Of a stretch of 64,000 nucleotides of DNA, positions 44,180 to 60,270 are shown piece after piece; the stretch's first letter is position 1; each line of letters opens with the position of its first letter. The stretch comes from the human T2T-CHM13v2.0 reference genome, Homo sapiens. The stretch is from NCBI RefSeq assembly GCF_009914755.1, contig NC_060931.1; one strand, written 5' to 3'. The notes under the pieces are model-generated. The model saw only the letters and a list, made by a program, of their open reading frames with translations, did not search any database and was not told the origin of the DNA. The translations under genes and the position numbers were made by a program.

Positions 44180-44789
44180 TGTATTCATTTTGATTGCTAC
44201 TGTAATAAATGGCCAAAAATTTAGTGGCTTTGACAATAGCAATTTATTAATATACAGTTCTGTAGGTTTGATGTCTAATATGGGTCTCACTGGGCTAAAA
44301 TCAAGGTATTGGCACAGCTGCATTCCTTTCTGGGGGCTCTAGAGGTGAATCAATTTCTTGATTATTCAGATTGTTGGCAGAATTCAGTTCCTTGTGTTTT
44401 TAGAACTGAGGTCCCTGTTTTCTTGCTGGCTATAAATTGAGGGCCATTCTCAGCTTCTATAGGTCACTGATATTCCTTAGCTTGTGGCTGCCTTCCTCTG
44501 TCTTCAAAGTCAGTAACAGTGTGTTGACTCTTTCTCATGCTTCCAATGTCTCCTTCCATTTCATTTGTCTGATTCAGCCAAGAAATGTTTTTTGCTTTTA
44601 AGGATGCATGTGATTAAATCAGACCCACCAAGATAATTCCGTATAATCTCATTATCTGAAGGTCTCTATCCTTAAATCACATTGACAAATCCCTTTTGCC
44701 ATGTAGGATAACATATTCTCAGGTTCTGAGAATTAAGGTGTTGACATCTTTGAGGGGGTAGGGGAAACAGCATTATTCTGCCTACCACA
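44180..44789 (-). mobile_element. MaLR solo LTR, MLT1D/E-like, inserted in L2
   Basis: TGTATT...CTGCCTACCACA termini and a 5-bp TSD AAAGC at 44175-44179 and 44790-44794. Confidence 0.8.
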
Positions 44790-45263
44790 AAAGCTGTGTT
44801 AGCAGTTCTAAGTGAGAGATGAGGCCAATTCGACCAGTGTGGTGGCAATGAGAAAAGGTAGACAGATTTCAGGTATGTTTCGAAGACAGAACCAATTGGC
44901 TGGTTGGTGATCCTATAGGTGGACGAGTGGGTACAAGAGGAGGGAATCAAGGCTGGCTCCTAAATTCCTGGCCTTTCAGGCTCATCAGCTGAGTGTCAGG
45001 GAATGCCTTTCAAAAAATAAAGAAGTCTGGGAGTGAAACCAATTTTAGAGAAAAATTCAAGAGTTCTGTTTTCTATGGGACACACCTAGAGAAACATTAA
45101 CCAGATTATCTCTGGGATCTCTTACCACTTTAACATTCTAAGAAGTCACTAAAAATATTTTCTCCATTCAGAAGCCATTGTGCCACAATTTTTATAACTA
45201 ATATCTATTCCTATTATCTTAGGCAATATAATATATATCCAAGAGTAACTTGTTACTGACTCA

Positions 45264-46108
<845 letters not shown>

Positions 46109-46550
46109 CTTGGGGTTTGAAGAACTCAAAGAAGAGATAAAGGAAAATGAAAGTGGAAAGGGAAAGTGAGAAAGGTAACCTTCATCTTCTCAATTTTTTA
46201 GGGCTGCAATCTTAAAACAGTATCCTCAGCCAGTAGAGTGCTCCCTGAAGAGGTGATTAGGAAACTAGTTAAGAGGTAGAAAAGGATAGCCTGAGAAAGA
46301 TTGCAAGTCAGTTTGGCAGTAACTTCTAAAGATTATAGCTGGAAAATAAGATTAGGACAAGTTATTTTTAAATATTTGCAATTCAAAATTAATTTACTAA
46401 AAAAAGACTTTTAGCAGAATTGGAACAAAAGTACAAGATGTAAAAAAAAAAAAGTAATATTTTGAAAAACACACTAATCAGTTCCCAGCAATAATAATAA
46501 AAATATAGTAAGTAATTTCTAATGGAAATCTCTTAAAAACAGAATGCTTC

Positions 46551-47078
46551 ATTCCATTATTGGGTATATACCCAAAGAAAAATAAATCATTCTATGAAAA
46601 AGTCATATGCATTCATATGTTTATCACAGCACTATTTACAATAGCAAAGACATGGAACCCTAGGTGCCCATCAACAGTGGATTGGATAAAGAAAATGTGG
46701 TATATACACACCATGGAAAACTACCCAGCCATAAAAAAAAAAGAATGAAATCATATCCTTTGCAGCAACGTGGTGCATCTGGAGGCCATTATCCTAAGCA
46801 AATTAATACAGAAACAGAAAACCAAATACCTCATGTTCTTTCTCACTTACAGGTTGGAGCTAAGCATTGGGTAGGCATGGACACAAAAATGGGAACAATA
46901 CATGCTGGGGAGTACTAGAGGGGAGCAAGGACTGAAAAACTATCTGTGGGGTACTATGCTCAGTACCTGGGGGACAGTATCATTCATATCTCAAACCTCA
47001 GCATCACACAATACACCCATGTAACAAACCTCCACGTGTACCCCCAAATCTAAAATAAAAGTTAAAATTATTTTTCTA
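46551..47078 (+). mobile_element. 5'-truncated L1PA15/16-like fragment
   Basis: ORF2 C-terminus and 3'UTR. TSD AAAAACAGAATGCTTC (46535-46550) / AAAAATAGAATGCTTC (47079-47094). Confidence 0.88.
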
Positions 47079-47329
47079 AAAAATAGAATGCTTCCAAATC
47101 CTGCCATTTTGTACATTATCTCACACGTTGCCTTTTTTAAAAAAGCAGAAATAAGGGGAAGAACCACTTCCCTGATCTTCTTAAGAAGCATCTGTGCCTA
47201 TTACCATGGTCTTCCTTTTTCCCTTTCTCTTTTCATTTCTTTGACTTTAAGATTACTTGAGTATTACTTTATTGAACTAACAGTCTTATAACTTCAATTG
47301 TAAAAAAATCAATAAAAGTAGATGAATAT

Positions 47330-47515
47330 AATAATAATAATATAACAATATAGGTTTCATTAGTTATAATCAATGTACCATATTAATATGTTAATAATAG
47401 GGTAAACTGGGTGCAGGGTATATGGGAATTTTCTGTACTGTCTTTGTATTTTTTGTAAATCTAAACTGTTTTTAAAATAATGTTTATATTTTTATGAAAA
47501 TTTCAAAATAAATAC
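47330..47515 (+). mobile_element. Ancient L1MC/ME 3' terminus
   Basis: AAACTGGGTGCAGGGTATATGGGAATTTTCTGTACT. Confidence 0.55.
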
Positions 47516-47769
47516 TATTCATAGAAGTGGAGAAAAAGTAGACAACTCAAGTGTTCTAATTTCCTTTCCATATATTGGCAACAACTCTTCATTGCATTGG
47601 AATAGGTGCCCAGGCTGGGGCTTGATATTATGAGGACTGCTCTGGGACCTCGCCTGCAACAGGACCCTCAGTGGACAGAATACAGACTGAGGTCCAGAGA
47701 TCTGAAAGCACATCCCATGTTTAGAAAACCCATTTAACTCCTCATTCCCTAAGCTAGCAGTCTGAAATA

Positions 47770-48055
47770 ATACCCTAGGGAAACCTTTCTAGAAAAATAT
47801 CTAAGAAATGATAAAAGCTGTATGCACAGATCTGTTGCATTATTTACAACATTGGAAAAATTAGAAGCAACTAAGTATTCAATAATAGGAGTATAGTCAA
47901 TTGCCTTATGGACAGTCTACTCACTGAGATGTTATATAGCCATTAAATGATTATGAAGATAGTGTCACATGAGAGAAAAAGGTTATTATATACTTATGAT
48001 ATAAGATGGGTGTTTTTAAATCAAAACACAAAATGCACACAGTATGTAAGTGTAA
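47770..48055 (+). mobile_element. Ancient L1ME-like fragment
   Basis: GCATTATTTACAACATTGGAAAAATTAGAAGCAACTAAG and GCCATTAAA. Confidence 0.5.
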
Positions 48056-48367
48056 CTTTTTTCTATGACCATCCAAAAGATCCAGATTATTAATCTTATA
48101 AATAACTCCCTTCCTTTAGGGTGTCAAATACATATTACACACCAGGCAGTGTTCTTTTTCTACATGTACCATATCTTGAAAGTGGATTCTTGACACAGAG
48201 TTATAGTAAGTACTTTAAATAACAGGTAATACAATCTGACCCACATTGGATTGGAGAGTCATCTGGATGGGCAAACTGACTGGTAAGGTAAGCAGACCCT
48301 CTTCCCAAATAGCAGCATGTACTTCTTTTCCCTAAGTTATGCTTTAGTACTAAGAGAAAAATTATTA

Positions 48368-48600
48368 TTCAATCATCCATTCAGCAAACATTTTTTGAGC
48401 ATCTACTAGATGCTAGATACTCTGTGAAATGCTGGTAATTCAATGGTTAGCAAAATTTATATGGTTCTTGACCTCATAGAATTTATAGTCTAGTGGGAGA
48501 TATAAATAACCCCACCCAGGAGTTGTGTTCCTACTATGAAAGGAAATACAGAGTGCTATGAAAGAATATTATCAAACGACATGGTTTAGATGGAGAAGCA
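48368..48600 (-). mobile_element. L2 3' fragment
   Basis: CATTCAGCAAACATTTTTTGAGCATCTACTA. Confidence 0.6.
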
Positions 48601-48673
48601 TTTTTGCTCAAAGATACAGCACACATCAAGCACTGTCTTTGTGGGCTACAATGCTGAGGACAAGGCAAGTCTT

Positions 48674-49792
<1,119 letters not shown>

Positions 49793-50064
49793 TTACAATA
49801 AAGTCCTGCAAGTCCTGCTGTAGGTCTTCCAAGCAAAGATCCATGAACCACCTAACTTCTCAACTTGCCCATAATTTCACTAAATGCTCCAGCTTCTTAG
49901 AAACATTCTCATCTCATGTTTCCTAGAGTTGGCCTCACATTTAATCTTGGAAAAGATTTTTCTGGCCACTACAGGCCCAAATTCCTTATTTTTTTCACTC
50001 TTCTAATGAGAGGTAGTGGGGGGAGGGAGGAAAAACAGCTACAGAAATGCTAGGCATATAGAAC

Positions 50065-50500
50065 ATTTATAGCTAGTCTACCTGGCATCCTACCCCCTTC
50101 CTCTGGCATGACGCTGATAATCGTTTGGGGACCTAGTCCTTCCGCACTCTCAGCCTGATGGACTGGATAAGGCAACCTTCCCAGAACCATGGGTGAAGTA
50201 CACAACTTAGCCCAAAGTCAGCCCAGGCATCATTCAGGAGCAAGCATTGGCCAATCCAATGGGAAGCACATCTCAGACCTTGTGCTCAGAATAGTGAGAT
50301 ATGGAATCTTGCTCTATTTCATTGGTTTTAAACCTAGCAGGATTAGCTCTAGGAACTGCTGACAGCCATCTTGTAATTATAAAAAGAGGGCCTGCCTGAG
50401 AATAGATTGAACACACAAAAAGCTATGCTGAGAGATGGAAAAAAAAGAAATAGACCCTGATAACAGTTTGAGCTCCAGACTCCAGGCCAGTTTTTCCTTG
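50065..50500 (+). mobile_element. Possible ancient ERVL-class LTR (LTR16/LTR33-like)
   Basis: GCTGACAGCCATCTTG, GCCTGCCTGAGAAT and GCTGAGAGATGG motifs, highly degenerate. Confidence 0.4.
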
Positions 50501-51504
50501 CATGTCCTACATCTGGTCCATGGAAAATACTCTTGGTATTTGCCCAACAAACACTGGAAAAAGAGGCCACCCAACAAAGACACATCTCCTTCACTCCTGG
50601 TGTCAGAACAGCTAACAGACTGGTCTCCATCTCTTAGATTTTCCTTGTAATCATCAGACACTAGTCCACTATGTTCCTTTAACCACAGAGGGCACATATC
50701 AAAGTTCTCCATGCCACCTATTAAATCTCCTTTTCTCTTGACTTGAGATGAAGAAATAAGCACCCTCCCAATTCACCTCCTTGGAGATGATAGGACTTAG
50801 CACAACTCTTTCCAAAAAAAAAAAAAAAAAAAAAATCCTTACAAATCTTGAGATAATCTCTACTCTCTCAACCCTTTCATGACCTTTAAGTGGGTGAGGG
50901 ATTCAAGAATCACATAACCAGTTCTTAGTTTACTCCTTTGGAAATTCTACATACAAACTGCCTCCTGCTTTAGAATGCAACATTAACTGTATCCTTGGAT
51001 CTTGGAAGAAACTTCCATTTTAACATTCTGTTACAAATGTGAACATCACCTATCACATATTTCACAGGGGAAAAAAACTGAAAACTGCTTCAATGTTTTC
51101 ACATTTCCTACAGATTCCAAAATGAGAAGCTTGACCCTGAAATAATTGTAGGTGAGAACCAAGTTCATATTTTCAGTATGTGGGGAATTTTGAAGGGTTT
51201 AGAGGAAAGCAATCAAGATGATTAAGGATATGAAAATTAAGGATAAAGGAATTACAGTCTCTTAAAATCAAATGTTTAACTATAGTCCTCCTATATAAGA
51301 ATTAGTACACCCCAGTGTAGGTTACCAAGCTAGTTCATCTAAACTCATAACAAGTTTGACTTGGCTATAAGAGAAATTGCCTAAATCTTGGCAGAAAGAA
51401 TTATTAACTATTTTAATGAGTTACCAATGGAGGCCATGCATCTTCCTTTGGGGTTTTTTTTTTTTAAAAAAAGAAGAGCCTCGCTTTAGGGTAGTTTAGC
51501 AGAA

Positions 51505-52204
51505 TTATTAAAAAGTCAAAAAATAACAGGTGCTAGCAAAGTTGCAGAGAAAAAGGAAGGCTTATACACTGTTGGTGAGAGTGTAAATTAGTTCAACCAT
51601 GGTGGAAAACAGTGCAGTGATTCCTCAAATACCTAAAAAGAGAACTACCATTAAACCCAGTAATCCCCTTGCTGGGTATATATACCCAAAGGAATATAAA
51701 CCGTTCTATCATAAAGACACATGCACGTGTTATGTTCACTGCAGCACTATTCACAACAGCAAAGACATAAAATCATCCTAAATGTCTGTCAATGGTAGAC
51801 TGGATAAAGAAAACGTAGTACATATAAACTCTGGAATACTATGCAGTCATTTAAAAAAATGAGATCATGTCCTTTGCAGTAACATGGATGCAGCTGGCAG
51901 CCATTATCCTTAGCAAACTAATGCAGGAACAGAAAACCAAATACCAGATGTTCTCACTTTATAAGTGGGAGCTAAATGATGAGAACAAACAGACACATAG
52001 AGGGGAACAACAGACACAGGTGCCTACTGGAGAGTGGAGGGTGGAAAAAGGAAGAGGATCAGGGAAAATAATTAATGAGTACTAGGCTTAGTACCTGGGT
52101 GACAAAACAATCTGTACAATAAACCCCCATGATACAAGTTTACCTATATAACAAATCTGCACAGGCACCCCTGAACTTAAAAGTTAAAAAATAATAAAAA
52201 TAAA
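51505..52204 (+). mobile_element. 5'-truncated L1PA13/14-like fragment
   Basis: ORF2 end and 3'UTR (TACTAGGCTTAGTACCTGGGTGAC). TSD GTAGTTTAGCAGAA (51491-51504) / GTAATTTAGCAGAA (52205-52218). Confidence 0.88.
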
Positions 52205-52959
52205 GTAATTTAGCAGAAATCTTGCTCTAAAACAGGGATGTGATCACTTTAATACATCGTGAACCTTCTGAATGTATGGCCATCATTGATTCTCCCACTC
52301 AGGTTTCTTCCAGTCTGTTATTGGTGTCCTTTGCTCTGATCTCCTTTCGTTTATTCTGTGTACCTCCTGTTTCCCAACATCCAGTACAAGGTATTTCTGG
52401 GAGGCAGTATTCCTGGGAGTGATCTTCTGACAACTGTTTAGAACAGTTTAGAACAAGAAGTGAAGACAAATTCTCCATCCATGACTGAAACACAACACTA
52501 TACCTTGATCTATGGTTTTGAAAGGCTTTGAGATGTTTTCTCATTTGTGCCACCCACGGAATTTCCTTCTAAAGTCTGAGCTTGGTTTTCATATCCTATA
52601 GAATTCTGCAGTTGGAGAAAGCCTTCAAAAGTTGTAAGAGTCTGCCAATTTCTGGAAGGTTTTTACTGGCTGCAAGTTATGATTGTAATTATCTACGTGC
52701 TGTTCAGTTTAGCATGCCAAGAGATATTTCTAAAATGATCTCCCTCTGGTTTTGCAGGGTTATCTAGAATAATAATGTAAAAACCGCACAACAGTGTGGG
52801 AGACAGAAGATAAGGTCAGAGGAAAATAGGTCAAGCAACCTAAAAAACAGTGAATAAAGACTTCTATGCTTTTGTCACACATATTCTCCCCCTACTCTTC
52901 AACTATGGTATGTATTATCCCTGCATATTGGCTTTCCAACTGTGGTTAAGGAGTTCTGA

Positions 52960-52990
<31 letters not shown>
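52960..52990. repeat. (TG)n(GA)n compound microsatellite
   Basis: Directly visible. Confidence 0.9.
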
Positions 52991-54319
52991 TCTCACATAT
53001 ATGAATTGCTGGCAAGCGAGACATGTCTCCAAACCTCAATGAAGGAAAAAAAAATATTTTGGAGGAAAGAAACTGATATTTGTATATATAGCTAGATACC
53101 TATACATCACACTCTCAGCTTACTATTTCTTTCATCATCCTGAGTCCCTGCAGCAAATGTATGCCCAGCACCACAGACCATTTTTTTCTCTATCTCAGGA
53201 ATTCTGGTTTATTCCATACATGGAAAGTGAACCATATCACGAGTTTGCAATGTAAAAACTTCATGTGTAGGGAAATGCAATGTTCATCATTGTCTTCAGC
53301 AGAACCAAACAGGTCACATGGGAGAGTACATTTAAGAAAACTTAAATGATAATGTATTGACTGAGAAGATTAAATGATCCAACCTGATATTTCTGCAAGA
53401 CCTAATTTAAAGGGCCAAGGTGTCATTCCAGAAAATCAAGTTTAAAAGAAAAGGGGCTTATTTTTATAATCCGTCTTTCCTCAGTAAGGTTGATTTTTAT
53501 AGCCACAGGCTTCTCAGCCAGCTGGTGTGTCTAATGATGACCCTGAGGAGACAACAACATGGGTCTACATTTCTCCATCTCTATTTGCAAAATGCAGCCA
53601 AATTAGTTCTAGAAGCTGTCTGGGAAGGGGACTCTTCCCAAAGAGGCTGATACTCAACTCTCTGGTCAGCAACATCCTCCAGAAACGGGCAGACAGCCTA
53701 CAACCCAATACCCCCAAAGGAGCAAAAATGGTGCCATGAAATTCCCCCTCAGTCTAGGAAGAAGGAAAACACATCCACCACCCTATTAAACAGCTCAGAT
53801 TTTCATTAATACTCAGAAGTCCCAGGGTTCCTTTCTGAACCTCAGCTGCCTCGTCTATAAATAGAAAGGCTTGCTCAATTTGTCCCTTCCTGCTCTAACA
53901 TGCTGCGATTCTGCTCCCTGACCTAACAATTTCTGTTCCACCATACACACTTTTATGATCCCTTCCCCTGCATTTCTCTTTTCTACTGCCAGCCACAGAG
54001 CCAGGCTCTCATACCCAGTAGGACACCTCTCTGATTTATTAAGCCAAAAGCCATATAATCTCTCTGCCTTTCTAATACACTGTTTTAGCTTTAGGCTGAA
54101 TTGAAAACCAAACACTTAAGCTATAGAACACAAAATTCACCAAAAATGTATCTCATATCAAAAGCACAGCAATAAGTCTTTGTTGATCCTGCTGATCTTC
54201 CAAGTTTCTATTCAATTTCTCTCCTTTTTGCCAAATTTAATTATATGGTCTACATGACATCATCTCTCTTACTGTCACTAAACTGTCACCAAATCCCTTC
54301 ATAAACACCTGATGAGACT

Positions 54320-54860
54320 TCCTCTGACAACACTCCACTGAAATATTTCTCTTGAAGGTCACTAATTACTAAATCTAAATCCAAAACTGATTAGCTTTTC
54401 TCAGTCCTCATTATTCTCCATCCTTTTCCAACATTTGGCACAATGATCTATTTTTGAAAAATTATTTCCTCCCTTAGATTCTGTGACACCGTATTATCCA
54501 GGTGTTCCCTTCTGTGGCTGCTACTTCTCCGTCTCCTTCACTGGTTCAACTTTTGTCTGCTAGATTTTTCCATTTTTAACTCTATACCTAATTCCTCTAA
54601 AAAAAAATGCATCTACTTCCATGTCTTCAATTATCATCTCTATATTGATAATTTACAAATAGACATCTGTGACTTTCAAGTCTGTAGCTCTGAGCTCCAT
54701 AGGTTTGGTGACTGAGATTACTTCCTTAAATATTCTGTCCTAATTTTCAAATCAGCATATCCAAAGGGGAAGGCTTTACCTTCCCAGCCTTTAAGCCAGT
54801 TGCTCTCTACAACTTCTCTATTTGGTCAGTACAAACACCATTCTAGAGACCTGGAAACAT
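54320..54860 (+). mobile_element. L2 body fragment
   Basis: CACTCCACTGAAA...AAGGTCACTAAT and CTTCTCCGTCTCCTTCACTGG. Confidence 0.55.
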
Positions 54861-55329
54861 TCACTTTACACTTTATTTAGTAAATATGAACTGATTACCG
54901 CTTTTATTCCAGGCATAATACTAAATACTAGGAACACAAAGATAAGACAAAGTCCTTGTCCTTCAAGGGTTTCCTCCTCTGCTTGCTGTACTGCGTATTA
55001 TTCCATGATCCCTTTTATTTGAGCTCATATTTTCCCCTAAATCATCACTCCTTCGACTTGCACTCTTTCTGCCCATTATACCTCTCTTGGCCTCCTTACT
55101 TATACTCAAAATTCAAAGCAATACTTCATTTCTTCTTCTTGCTTCATATACTATTGGTGTCTAGGTTCTATCAAATTCCCTTCATAATATTATTCTTACT
55201 CAATAATAAACATTTACTGAGTGTCTGCCAAATCTGATCACTGTGCTCAGCAAGGAGAATACAATGATAAACAAGACACAAAGTATTTGCCTTCAGTGAC
55301 TTCAGAGTCTTATATAAGAAAGATAAACC

Positions 55330-55472
55330 AGCTGGTCATGGTGGCTCATGCCTATAAACCCAGCATTTTGGGAGGCTGAGGCAGGTGGATCACCTGAGGT
55401 CAGGAGTTTGAGACCAGGTTGGCCAACATGGTGAGACCCCATCTCTACTAAAAATACAAAAAAATTAGCCAG
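55330..55472 (+). mobile_element. 3'-truncated AluS (left arm and linker only), within a minus-strand L2
   Basis: GGATCACCTGAGGTCAGGAGTTTGAGACC...TACTAAAAATACAAAAAAATTAGCCAG, then the Alu stops. Confidence 0.85.
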
Positions 55473-55774
55473 AAAAAAAATAGCAAGGAAAGGAAAGGAA
55501 CCAATCATTACAATGTGGCAGGGTAGGTGTTAACGATGTCCCTAAGAAGGAGGCCCCTAACCTGACTTGGCAGACTCAGATCAGGCTTCTCAAAGAAAAT
55601 GATACTTGAGCTGAGCTGTAAGTATCATGTGGTATGAGCCTATCAGACTGGAGCCTTCTTGACAGGACAACAGCAGCTGATTCAGTAGAACTGAAGTATG
55701 AGCACATGGAGTGAGAAGTGAGAGATGAGACTAGGAAAGTAGAAATGAATCACCTCAACATACAGGTCATTGTG

Positions 55775-56189
55775 TGTTATGGGTTGAACTGTGTCCCCCA
55801 AAAGATATGCTAAAGTCCTAATCCCCAATACCTGTGAATGTGACCTTATTTGGAAAAGTTAAGATGAAGTCATTAGGTGGAGCCCTAATCTAATCTGACT
55901 GTTGTTTTTATAAGAAGAGGAAAATGTCATGTGAAGACAGAGACACAGAGATAACCCCACATGACAACGGAATCAAAGACAGAAGTATTGAAGCTGCAAG
56001 CCAAGGAACACCTGGGTTACCAAAAGCTAGAAGAGGCCAGAAAGGATACTCTGTTAGCAGCTTCAGAGGAAGCATGGCCCTGTCAAGAACTTCATTTTGG
56101 ACTTCTGGCCTCCAGATCTGAGAGAGAATTTCGGTCATTTTAAGACACCAAGTTTTTGGTACTTGGTTATAGAAATATAAGCTAATACA
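55775..56189 (+). mobile_element. MaLR solo LTR, MLT1B/C-like
   Basis: TGTTATGGGTTGAACTGTGTCCCCCAAA...CTAATACA with near-TSD TTGTG/GTGTG. Confidence 0.85.
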
Positions 56190-57266
56190 GTGTGCAATAC
56201 CAAGAAATGTACATTCACATTCATTTTTATGCCCCATTCCAGCACTTGGCATAAAAATTCACCTCACATACTGATCAATAATTACCTGGTCAATAAAAAA
56301 GTACTTAGTTTCCACCTCCATATCCTCCTATCTAAATTGCTCTATTTTGACTATTCTAAGATTAAAAAATTGTACAGATTTTAATATCTCTAAAATAGGC
56401 ATATACCCTACAGTCTATAGCATCTTACCCTCAGTGATGTCCTACAATTGCTGCTGGTCCAGAATGAAACTGAGTTCTCCAAGTTCTTCCAAATCTTCCA
56501 GAGAGGATTTGCCTTTGTATCTGTCAGGTCCAATAGCACTACCACCCTGAAACTTGTTTAAATTAAATTATCTGCTTGAGGCTTGTGTTGTTCTTGGTGG
56601 TGGTGGTCCTGTATTGGTGCTAGTTTGTGTCTTGTGTGTGTGTGTGTGTATGTATTTCATTCTACTCTGGTAGAATAGATTCAGATCACAAATCTGAGTA
56701 AGAATTGATTAACAGTTCAAATTCTCAGAGTATTCTATTCCCTTCACATAATACCAAGGTTATAATTATAAATATAATTATATAATTATATAGAATTAAG
56801 TTATTTATATAATAATTAAGCATAACATCTTGTTGTTGCCCCTCTATGCATGTTAAGTTTGTTTCTCATTTTCTCTTAAATGGAAATCTAAGCCCTCTGG
56901 TGTCTCAGGTCTCGGACTAAAAATCCTATCTTGGGCACATTTTCTTACTTAGCAATACATAAAATAATATCATCTTCCAAATGATGGTGTCTTCTGTTTG
57001 CTAAAATATGGTACCATGAGTACACCATGTCCTTTCCAATCTGCTCTGTGTTCTCTGTTGGACTAATGTTCCTAAACCAGGGCTGCCATAACATCACCCC
57101 TATCAAATTCCTATAATAGTTCCTTATTCTCCTGAAACAAGTCTAAATTCTCAAGAATCAACAATATGGAGGAGTAAAAAATTATATAAACTTGAACAAA
57201 TAATTTCGCTTTTAAAGCCTGTTTCCCGTCTGTAAGGTGGACATAAGAATGCCGAGATCACAGAAC

Positions 57267-57738
57267 ATTAGTTATCTGTTGCTTTGTTTTATTAACCACT
57301 CTAAACTTAGAAGCTGAAAACAACAATCATTTATTTTGCTCAGAAATCTGCAATTTGGACAGAGGCTCAGTGGTAAAAACTTGTCTCCACACCATGTGGC
57401 ATCTGTTGGGAAGACTCAAAGGCTAGGGGCTAGAATCATCTGAAAGCTCACCCACTCACATGTCTTGCAGGTGATGCTGGCTGTTGGCTTGGCCTCAGCT
57501 GGAGTCTCCCATTGTGACTGCTTGGCTTACTCACAGCATGGTGGCTGAGTTCCAAGATCAAGTGTCCCCAGATAAAGGCTGTATCACCTTTTATGACTTA
57601 GCCTTGGAAGTCACACTGTATCACCTCTACCATATTCTATTGGTCAATTCACGGCTAAGATTAGAATAGATTCAAGGGGTAGACATAGACTCCATCTCTC
57701 AATGGGAAGAGTGTCAAAGAAGTTGTAGATATGTTTTA
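57267..57738 (-). mobile_element. MaLR solo LTR, MLT1H-like
   Basis: ATTAGTTATCTGTTGCT, ACAACAATCATTTATTTTGCTCA and CCTTGGAAGTCACAC. Confidence 0.7.
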
Positions 57739-57755
57739 AAACATATAAGGTTTTA

Positions 57756-58333
<578 letters not shown>

Positions 58334-58459
58334 AAATATGTAAGATTTTAATAACGTTAAATAAGGTTATTGGGAAAACTAGGCAAGAAAACATACATGA
58401 AGTTCCTAGCATTTTACAACGCCCACCCCGACTCCCTACCCATTCTTCATAAAATGGCC

Positions 58460-58715
58460 AAGTTTAGACTGTAGACTCAAAATGCATGGTGAATCTTGGT
58501 TTCCCCCATTCACTGGGTTGTTGATCTTAGACAAGTTATTTAATCTCTCCATTCCTCACTCAATCTGAAAAATGCAGGCATAATATTACTTTCCTTGTGG
58601 GGCTATGAGGGTTAAATGAGATAATTACTGTAAAGCACTTAGCACAGTGTCTGTCACTATTGTTATAGTTTTTTGTTGTTGTTGTTGTGTTGTTGTTGTT
58701 ACTGTTACTGTTATT
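58460..58715 (+). mobile_element. MIR with expanded (TTG)n tail
   Basis: GACAAGTTATTTAATCTCTC and TGTAAAGCACTTAGCACAGTG, then TTG repeats at 58670-58715. Confidence 0.7.
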
Positions 58716-59498
58716 GATGCTGCTATCATCTATCAAAACATTGTACAAAAAAGTCCAAGGGCAGGGCAAGTAGAGGAGGAAGCTGAGTAATTAAGAGAAG
58801 GGTCAGGTAGCTACCAGTTGGTCTATGACACAGGTATCAGGACTACCAAGCAGGGTCTGGGGCAAGTAGGGCAGAACAAGAGCACAGGTGAGAAAGCTGC
58901 ATTAAATCAGGCTGTCAGGGCAGGGAGGGGCTGGCAATGACATCGGAATGACATTGGATGATCTATTCTAAAGTGGCTAATCATGGGACCAAAGTCTGAA
59001 TAGAAGAAAGAGAAGGTAAGCAAGGTACCATTTATTGGTGCCAGAGACAACAAACAGCGAGAACAATTGTCCAAGGAGTTATGGGGAAGAGATCCCCTTC
59101 CTTCCTGTCCCCTTTTAAAGCAGTTACAGACTTTCATTGTGGACTCAGCCAATTATAGGGAGGGGAAGGTGAATGTCAAATCCCACAGGGCTGGATTCTG
59201 TCTTCTTCAAACTGGGAGTTCTTCAATTCTATTTCTGAAAGGAGTAGAGCTGTTTCTGGGGAATACAATTCCTATAATATCCATTCTGTGACCTAGTGTG
59301 TCCTCTTAAATGTCATCCCACACACCATGACATTGCCCATGTTGGTTCCCTCACTTGAAATGCTTTCCTTCCTGGAATTACAGAATGAGAGGTACTTTAG
59401 AGGGCATCCGCTTCAACCTCTCAGTCAAGACTGACTTCTCTCCTGTGATGTTCCTAAACATCTGTGATCAGCCCAGCCTTTTGCGGGAGGGAGAGCGG

Positions 59499-59612
59499 TG
59501 AGATGCGGTCTTACTATTTTGGCCAGGGTGGTCACAAACTCCTGGGCTCAAGCAATTCTCACACCTTAGCCTCCCAAGTGCCTGGGAATACAGGTGCATG
59601 CCATACCCAGTT
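59499..59612 (-). mobile_element. FLAM monomer
   Basis: AACTCCTGGGCTCAAGCAATTCTC...GCCTCCCAAGTG in a single arm, embedded in degenerate CR1/MIR-like sequence. Confidence 0.7.
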
Positions 59613-60270
59613 TCCAGGCTCTATTTAACTACAGCCCATGAAGTAACTCATCCCTCAGTTAAGCAGCCTGTTCCATTAATAGTTCTAACTGCAGTGTGAT
59701 GAGGAGGGAGCATGAGCCTTGTACTTGGGTTCGAATTCTACCTTCACCATTGATGACATTTGTAAGTTTTCCTCTCTAAATTTTAGGCTTCTGTTCTATA
59801 AAATAAAGATGACAATTCTATCTCCTTAATTCCACAAACGGCGAGAACTTTATTTTTTTCACTGTTCTATTACTAGACTTAGAACGGTACTTGCACCATA
59901 ATCAGTCTTTCATAAATAGTTCCTAAATATAATGACAGTTATGATAATGAAACAAAATGAGGTATAGAAAGCTGCTAGCATGGCGCTAGCTCATGGTAGG
60001 CACTCAATAAACAGTTCTCATCTCACTGTGAATCAAAATTTGCTTTCTAATTACTTCTACCACTTAAACTCAGTTCTAACCCCTTGATGCAACATTCAAG
60101 AAATGTAATTCCATTTCTACTAAGAACCCATCAAATATTTGAAGACAATTACAAAGCCCTATGAAATTTTGTTTTTTCTAAACAAAAGTTTTGTTTTGTC
60201 ATAGGCAGAAATTTAGATAGAAACACAAATATATGTGTGTGTTTTATATACATTTACGAAAAAACAAAAC

